IMG/VR virus record: IMGVR_UViG_3300047322_000261
Length of the DNA: 20,000 nt
DNA from: an uncultured virus (IMG/VR IMGVR_UViG_3300047322_000261)
Taxonomy: Duplodnaviria; Heunggongvirae; Uroviricota; Caudoviricetes
Direction: 5' to 3' (one strand)
In this document: in pieces, positions 14,447 to 20,000 of the stretch
How the letters are laid out: each line of letters opens with the position of its first letter
Numbering within the stretch: the first letter of the stretch is position 1
Made by a program: the position numbers and the translations under genes
Notes under the pieces: generated by a model
Told to the model about the DNA's origin: nothing
Seen by the model: only the letters and a program-made list of their open reading frames with translations
The model's database searches: none

Positions 14447-16206
14447 TGACCACGCTTGAAACCCTATCGGAGACCATAGTTTCAATACAAAGGCAGATCA
14501 ATGACCTGGATGTTATTGTTTCCAGTCAAGGTCAGCAGTTAGTTACTCACGGTAACGACATTCACACCTTACAAGACCCACCAATAGGTGTTCCCACAGA
14601 ACTTCTAGGCTGGCTAGCAACTCACGGAATACGAGAGGTAGATACAGACCTAGATACAGACCTTACAACTCTGGAAACAGGCTCTACGTCAAACTCGGAA
14701 GCCATAGATCAACTTGTTTCAGACCTAGCACAAGAAGTTAGCGACAGAACTACAGCGGACGGTGACTTAACAGATATCGTAAACGACCTGCAAACTCAGA
14801 TCGACACAAACTTAGATACACTAACACAAGAAATTACAGACAGGTCTAATTTGTCTGTTACTGTTTCAGACGGACTTGATACCGTCAACGCTAGGATAGA
14901 TAGCCTTCAGTCTGATGTAACAACGGCATCTACGGTAGGAACTACCTCTAGTGCTGCACTGTCTTCCCAGATCGCATCCCTAAGCGCATCTCTGCAAACT
15001 GCCCAAACCCAGATCACGTTACTTCAAGGTATAGGGGTTGATCCAGCAGGGGCGCAGGCATCTCAGATTACAACCCTAACAACCATAGCGAATGACGCGG
15101 CTACAGCGGTAGCGTTAGAAACTACCAATAGGACTAACGCAGATAACACATTACAGTTGTCAATCAACACCCTCAACGCTTCACTGTCTGGACTTAATTC
15201 CGGGCTTGCTAGCGAAAAAAGCGACAGGCAGGCAGCGGACTTGGATATCCAGTCAGACGTATCCTCGCTTCAGGCTACCGTAAGTGGTCAATCGGGCTTA
15301 ATATCCTCGGAAACGGCTGCTAGAATTGCTGCCGACGCTACACTTACTACTAATGTAGATACCAACACAACTGACATAGCCGATAACACTACAGATATAG
15401 CTAACGAGGTTACAGATCGCACCAATGCCGACATAGCACTACAAGCTGCTATTGACGCAAACACGGCAAATGTTGCCACTAACACGGCTAACATCGCACT
15501 TAACACCACCGGAATAGCTACGATTAACACTAGGTTTAGCGTAGTGAAAGACGGTAGCGGGTATGTAACTGGCTGGCAGATCGTAGATCAATCAACTGGG
15601 GCTGGAGCCTTTAAGGTTAAAGACCTGAATAACGATGTTCGTGTTCAGAACCCCGGATATGTAGGTAAATACTTTCCACCAATTTCCATACTAGGGTTTA
15701 CGCTTCCTGTGTCTTATGACGTAGGATGGGGTGGAGCAACTAGCAACGATTTCCAAGGAACAGACACCAATAACTACACGAGATTGGTTAAGGTATACGC
15801 TACGCAGACAGTAGGAATTAACGGATCGTGCTTCCTCGGAGTGGATAACTCAACTGGTGGTAATCTGAACAGACTGGGCCAAGTTTTGACTACCTTCAGG
15901 GTAGACTTTAGCGGATCAGTTAACCGATACCTGTCTCTATGGTATAGAATTAAGACCGCACCTAGCGACACTACGCAACGCTGGCTACCTGTTGCATTAG
16001 CTGATAACACGGTTGCCGGACAAAGGACTTATGAATACACAAGAGGGCAAGCTGTGGTTCAAATCAGCGTAACCGCTGACAAAGTGATTGAGTTTGGTCT
16101 TACTGCCTTAAACACACTTGACGCAACTATAGCTAACTCTGGTTCTCCGTTTATCTATGGTGGCTCCGTTAGCGTTACAACCCTTAACATGGTGACAATC
16201 TCCTAA
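14446..16206 (+). CDS. Coiled-coil fibre/spike protein with DUF1983-like segment, 586 aa
   Basis: About 360 aa of heptads with repeated E..(D/N/A)R..AD motifs typical of trimeric coiled coils, then RFSVVKDGSGYVTGWQI (like the post-coil segment of host-specificity proteins) and a beta-rich C-terminal domain. Confidence 0.72.
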   Translation: MTTLETLSETIVSIQRQINDLDVIVSSQGQQLVTHGNDIHTLQDPPIGVPTELLGWLATHGIREVDTDLDTDLTTLETGSTSNSEAIDQLVSDLAQEVSDRTTADGDLTDIVNDLQTQIDTNLDTLTQEITDRSNLSVTVSDGLDTVNARIDSLQSDVTTASTVGTTSSAALSSQIASLSASLQTAQTQITLLQGIGVDPAGAQASQITTLTTIANDAATAVALETTNRTNADNTLQLSINTLNASLSGLNSGLASEKSDRQAADLDIQSDVSSLQATVSGQSGLISSETAARIAADATLTTNVDTNTTDIADNTTDIANEVTDRTNADIALQAAIDANTANVATNTANIALNTTGIATINTRFSVVKDGSGYVTGWQIVDQSTGAGAFKVKDLNNDVRVQNPGYVGKYFPPISILGFTLPVSYDVGWGGATSNDFQGTDTNNYTRLVKVYATQTVGINGSCFLGVDNSTGGNLNRLGQVLTTFRVDFSGSVNRYLSLWYRIKTAPSDTTQRWLPVALADNTVAGQRTYEYTRGQAVVQISVTADKVIEFGLTALNTLDATIANSGSPFIYGGSVSVTTLNMVTIS

Positions 16207-18797
16207 TGATAGTAGCCGATATTTACGATGACGCAAAAGAGGTTCTTGGATTTAACCACCAAGACAAGATTTTCCGTCGCATAACAGACGCAATAGAAGC
16301 GTTAGCCAACAAGGGTTCTTGGGAGCCATTGCTGGCATACGTAATGATTCCTGTTAGTGATAACATTCTGGTATATCTTCCCGATTCAGTAGAGGTTCCA
16401 ATTAGGGTAACACTAGATAACAACCCTGCCTTCGCTCGCGGTAGAATGTATGAGTTTACCATGAACGGACCCGGCCCATTCGACGAAAGAGTTGAGTGGT
16501 CATGGGAAGACCTAGGTGAGTATAACTACAAATATGCAGACAACGAAGGAAATGTAACATCTGAAGCTAGGTCAACACGAAGGGTAATCAGGCTTAATAA
16601 GACAGGTAACTTCGTCAGGATGTTAGTTAGGCTGCGAACTACCAAGATTCTAACCCTGCAAGACTGGATACCTCTACACTCTAAGCTAGCAATCTTAATG
16701 ATGCTTAAGGCCTTAGAGAGTTACCGCAGGGGTTCCCCACAAGACTTCCAGCTAGCGCAGGGTCAGGAAGCTCAAGCACTTAAGTTTCTACAGGAAGAAC
16801 AACAGTCCAGAGCTTCATACCAAGAAATAGCTCAGGCTATGGATAAGCCACCCATTATAGGGTATGCCTATCACTCTGGTAACATGGTCGTTGTGGCCGA
16901 TATTTACGACGAAGCCTCTATGATTGTTGGTGGAGTTGGTAAGTCTCATGTGTTCGACGCTATTACCGAGGCTATAGAATGTCTGGCTAACAAAGGCCAG
17001 TGGGATGCCATGACGGGTTATCTAACTATGGCTCCTAACAGTAACCTTGTTGGTCTTCCAAGGCAGGTAGAAATACCTATCAGGATTAACATAGAGAACA
17101 ATCCAACAATGGCTAGGTCTAGGTTGTTTGAGTTTACGGTAAATGGCCCCGGAACAGACCTAGGCGAAGTAACCACGCTTACGTGGGAAGATCAAGGTAG
17201 TGGGCCTTTAATGGTTCCATTAACTACACCTTCTCCTATTAACGTAGGTGGTGGCAGCGGAGACGCAGGAAAGAAAGTCACAGTAACGGGAATAGACACC
17301 GACGATAAAGAACAGTCAGTTACTTACACAATTCCAGCTAATGAGGATCAAGAACAAGCCGGAAGTAGAGTTACGTGGAAAGAAGTATACACCATAACTA
17401 AAGACATAACGCAAGGCCCAGTTAGCGTGTTTGCTAATTACGGACTTGCTGCGTTTCTCTATCCAGATGAAACCGCACCGCTTTTCAGACAGATTAAGCT
17501 TTCTAAGGTAGCTAGCGAGATCAGAATAATGTTCAGACGGTCATCTCTTAAGGTGACTTCCAAGGATGACATAATACCCCTTAAGTCTAGGTCAGCTATC
17601 CTGAACATGATGCGGTCACTACAGCTTTACAAATCAACAGACCTGAATCCAGAGAAGCTACAAATGGCTCAGGCATTAGAGGTTCAGTCTCTTAAATACC
17701 TACAAGAAGAAGAACAGTCTAGGCTGGCTTACATTCAGGCATCACTTAAGGACAGTATGCCAGCTTTAGGTCGCAACTACAATTCTCGCGGAGTTCTTAC
17801 CGCTGGCGATGTGTTCGACGACGCTGCTGATATCTTTGGCCCAATAGGACGAGAGCGTTTATTCGACAAGATAACAGAGGCAACAGAGGCACTGGCTAAC
17901 AAATCTCAGTGGGACGGAATGGATGGGTATGTAGACATTCTTTCCGATGGTCGCGGGTATATCTCTCTGCCGCCTCAAATAGAAGTTCCTGTTGGAATGA
18001 ACTTCTGTAACACACCTGCGCAAATGAAGTCTAGGTGGTATGAATTTCACATTAACGGCATAGGCTCAAGATGTATTCCTTGCGATTCTTGGATGGATGT
18101 TGGCGAGTATCCAATTATCGTTGAGCCACCTTCTGGTGTTCGGTTATACGCTATATCGTCTTTTGAGGCAGACAGGGGTGCTTCTGTAAGAGCTTACGGA
18201 TACGACCAGACCGGAAGCTGGATTAGGTCTATAGAAAACAATGTATATGTTGACGGTGAGATTATTCCTGTAAGCGTCAGGACTAACACGGATGCTCCAG
18301 AGCAAATCCCGGTAACATCACATGAGTTTGCACAAATCAGCAGGGTTAGCAAGAGCGTAACAGATATGCAGATAGAACTGTGGGGTGGAACATCTAATTA
18401 CACTCAGCAAGACTTCATATCTCCACCCGTAGCTAACGACCCACCAACCACACCGCTGTTTTTAGCCTACTACGAACCCGACGAAACAGAGCCAATGTTC
18501 CGAAGGATCAAGGTTCCGGCTAATGTTACATGGGTTAAGATGAGATTCCGTAAAACCACACTAAAGATAACCAAAATGTCTGATGTTATCAACATGCGAT
18601 CTAAGACAGCCTTGGTTACAATGCTTAGGTCTCTCAAGGCACTAGATGTTGGAGACATTAACGCATCTCAGGGATTTGAGACGGTTGCTGTTAAACTTAT
18701 ATCTGAAGAACAAATGAGCAGGAATCCGGCAGAGACGTTTGATATTCAATACGATACAGCTACGTGCTTTGCTGACCCACTACAGGGACAATACTAA
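16206..18797 (+). CDS. Virion structural protein with three tandem homologous domains (head-tail adaptor/tail tubular A-like by inference), 863 aa
   Basis: Three units begin VADIYDDA / VADIYDEA / AGDVFDDA and share IT(D/E)A.E.LANK..W, LP...E.P, R..EF..NG.G, W.D.G, R....K....D.I...S..A...M...L and EE..... Confidence 0.7.
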   Translation: MIVADIYDDAKEVLGFNHQDKIFRRITDAIEALANKGSWEPLLAYVMIPVSDNILVYLPDSVEVPIRVTLDNNPAFARGRMYEFTMNGPGPFDERVEWSWEDLGEYNYKYADNEGNVTSEARSTRRVIRLNKTGNFVRMLVRLRTTKILTLQDWIPLHSKLAILMMLKALESYRRGSPQDFQLAQGQEAQALKFLQEEQQSRASYQEIAQAMDKPPIIGYAYHSGNMVVVADIYDEASMIVGGVGKSHVFDAITEAIECLANKGQWDAMTGYLTMAPNSNLVGLPRQVEIPIRINIENNPTMARSRLFEFTVNGPGTDLGEVTTLTWEDQGSGPLMVPLTTPSPINVGGGSGDAGKKVTVTGIDTDDKEQSVTYTIPANEDQEQAGSRVTWKEVYTITKDITQGPVSVFANYGLAAFLYPDETAPLFRQIKLSKVASEIRIMFRRSSLKVTSKDDIIPLKSRSAILNMMRSLQLYKSTDLNPEKLQMAQALEVQSLKYLQEEEQSRLAYIQASLKDSMPALGRNYNSRGVLTAGDVFDDAADIFGPIGRERLFDKITEATEALANKSQWDGMDGYVDILSDGRGYISLPPQIEVPVGMNFCNTPAQMKSRWYEFHINGIGSRCIPCDSWMDVGEYPIIVEPPSGVRLYAISSFEADRGASVRAYGYDQTGSWIRSIENNVYVDGEIIPVSVRTNTDAPEQIPVTSHEFAQISRVSKSVTDMQIELWGGTSNYTQQDFISPPVANDPPTTPLFLAYYEPDETEPMFRRIKVPANVTWVKMRFRKTTLKITKMSDVINMRSKTALVTMLRSLKALDVGDINASQGFETVAVKLISEEQMSRNPAETFDIQYDTATCFADPLQGQY

Positions 18798-19999
18798 TGG
18801 ATGTAAATGTAAGAGACTACGGAGCGGTAGGTGACGATACTACAGACGATACCCTAGCGTTCAGAAACGCACTTAACGCCATTCGGCATACTGGGGGTAA
18901 CTGCTTCGTTCCATACGGTAGATACAAGATTTCTCCTAACGGAATAGGTGGAGATAATCACCACCCGTCTATAACGGATAACATAAACTTGATTGGTATA
19001 CAGCAAAACAACGTTAATCCAATGATAAGGGTTCACGATCACGCTCATGCTGTTATTTTGTTATGCACTGGCTCTAACTGGAGCATTGAGAATATGGACA
19101 TTGACATGATGGGTTTCTATGGAGACTCAGATGTTATACCAGTAGACCCTGACGCTGACCCCGGAACGGTGTCTATTACCAACCCAAGAGCAGGATGTAA
19201 CCCTATCACCGTAGCTAATTCTTTTCCTTTACCTAGTAACTGGAAGATTACTAAGTGTAACTTTGTTAATGCAGGATATAGTAATATCATAGCTAGGGGA
19301 ACCCAGTTTGAAATCTCTCATAACTCCGTAGTTTGCAATTTTGGTTATCAGTTGGGCGGTCATCCAGTTCATATAGGAATCAATTTAACAGCTAGCTCTC
19401 ATCCTGATCCACGAGACCCAAGTAAAACCATAACAACATATCCAAGTAACGGTCTGATAACATATAACACCCTACAGGGAGTTGGCATAGGGGTTGCCGG
19501 AAGCAACCATGTTATATCCTACAACACCGTTATACAGTGCGGCTTTGGTTCATCGTTTTTCATGCAGTCTCAGGCGCAAAATCTTAACAACCTATTACTT
19601 AGGAACAGGGCATCATTTGCATTGGAAGGTCTGGACGACGCTCAATCTAAGATAAAAAATAGGAATCGACCAGACGCAACTGTTCTGCATAACACCTTTT
19701 TTCAGGTTACTGGTTATGAGACATGGGGCAACAAGTCCTATATGGTTCATAACGTAGCTAACGATAATGCTGGTGGTGGGCTATTGGTTGGTGGACAATA
19801 TAGCGTAGCTGCTTTTAATCGCGCAGTAGATAACGGCAGAGATGTTGGAGATAGTAGACACGGAACTCGCCCCGGAATTGTTGTTAGGACATTAGGGGGG
19901 AATCTACAATCCCATAACGGTTCTAACTCTCTTATCTTTGGCAACTACTGCACTGACACTAGGGCAATCGGAGCCAAGACTCAGGATTACGGTATTTCC
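18797..19999 (+). CDS. Beta-helix tailspike/depolymerase (pectate-lyase-like), partial, runs off right edge
   Basis: Not in the ORF track. Manual translation from ATG 18797 (TAATG overlap): MDVNVRDYGAVGDDTTDDTLAFRNALNAIRHTGGNCFVPYGRYKI, then N-rich beta-helix rungs (ISHNSV, ITYNTL, ISYNTV, IFGNYC); open to the window end. Confidence 0.85.
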   Translation, partial: MDVNVRDYGAVGDDTTDDTLAFRNALNAIRHTGGNCFVPYGRYKISPNGIGGDNHHPSITDNINLIGIQQNNVNPMIRVHDHAHAVILLCTGSNWSIENMDIDMMGFYGDSDVIPVDPDADPGTVSITNPRAGCNPITVANSFPLPSNWKITKCNFVNAGYSNIIARGTQFEISHNSVVCNFGYQLGGHPVHIGINLTASSHPDPRDPSKTITTYPSNGLITYNTLQGVGIGVAGSNHVISYNTVIQCGFGSSFFMQSQAQNLNNLLLRNRASFALEGLDDAQSKIKNRNRPDATVLHNTFFQVTGYETWGNKSYMVHNVANDNAGGGLLVGGQYSVAAFNRAVDNGRDVGDSRHGTRPGIVVRTLGGNLQSHNGSNSLIFGNYCTDTRAIGAKTQDYGIS

Positions 20000-20000
20000 G

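Noticed and set aside
5091..19944. Numerous minus-strand ORFs within capsid, fibre, lysis and tail genes
   Set aside because: Antisense shadows of well-supported plus-strand genes with mirror-codon composition.
1..20000. Stop-codon reassignment (none of 25 complete genes ends in TAG)
   Set aside because: All long genes are open under the standard code and no gene needs TAG readthrough, so this is stop preference only.

Overview
This window is part of a tailed dsDNA phage genome, probably podovirus-like, with two divergent arms meeting at about 4790-4860. The minus-strand arm (1-4784) is a replication/recombination module: OB-fold SSB, PD-(D/E)XK nuclease, a very small GT-A-like glycosyltransferase, HNH nuclease, helical protein, HTH protein, two small ORFs and a CHC2-TOPRIM-DnaB primase-helicase that runs off the left edge. 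The plus-strand arm (5086-20000) carries a likely major capsid protein preceded by a ~220-nt structured leader, a fibre protein, and a membrane-protein-rich lysis cassette with a unimolecular-spanin-like lipoprotein and a GH75 chitosanase-like enzyme as the candidate endolysin. It continues with two more fibre proteins, an 863-aa protein made of three tandem copies of one domain, and a beta-helix tailspike running off the right edge. Expression appears largely independent of Shine-Dalgarno sites: sigma70-type promoters sit 5-9 nt before start codons (leaderless or near-leaderless mRNAs) and most other genes are coupled by TAATG/ATGA overlaps. By manual reading, GTAC is absent, CCWGG is nearly absent and CTAG is abundant. 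All family calls come from motif recognition, not database searches.
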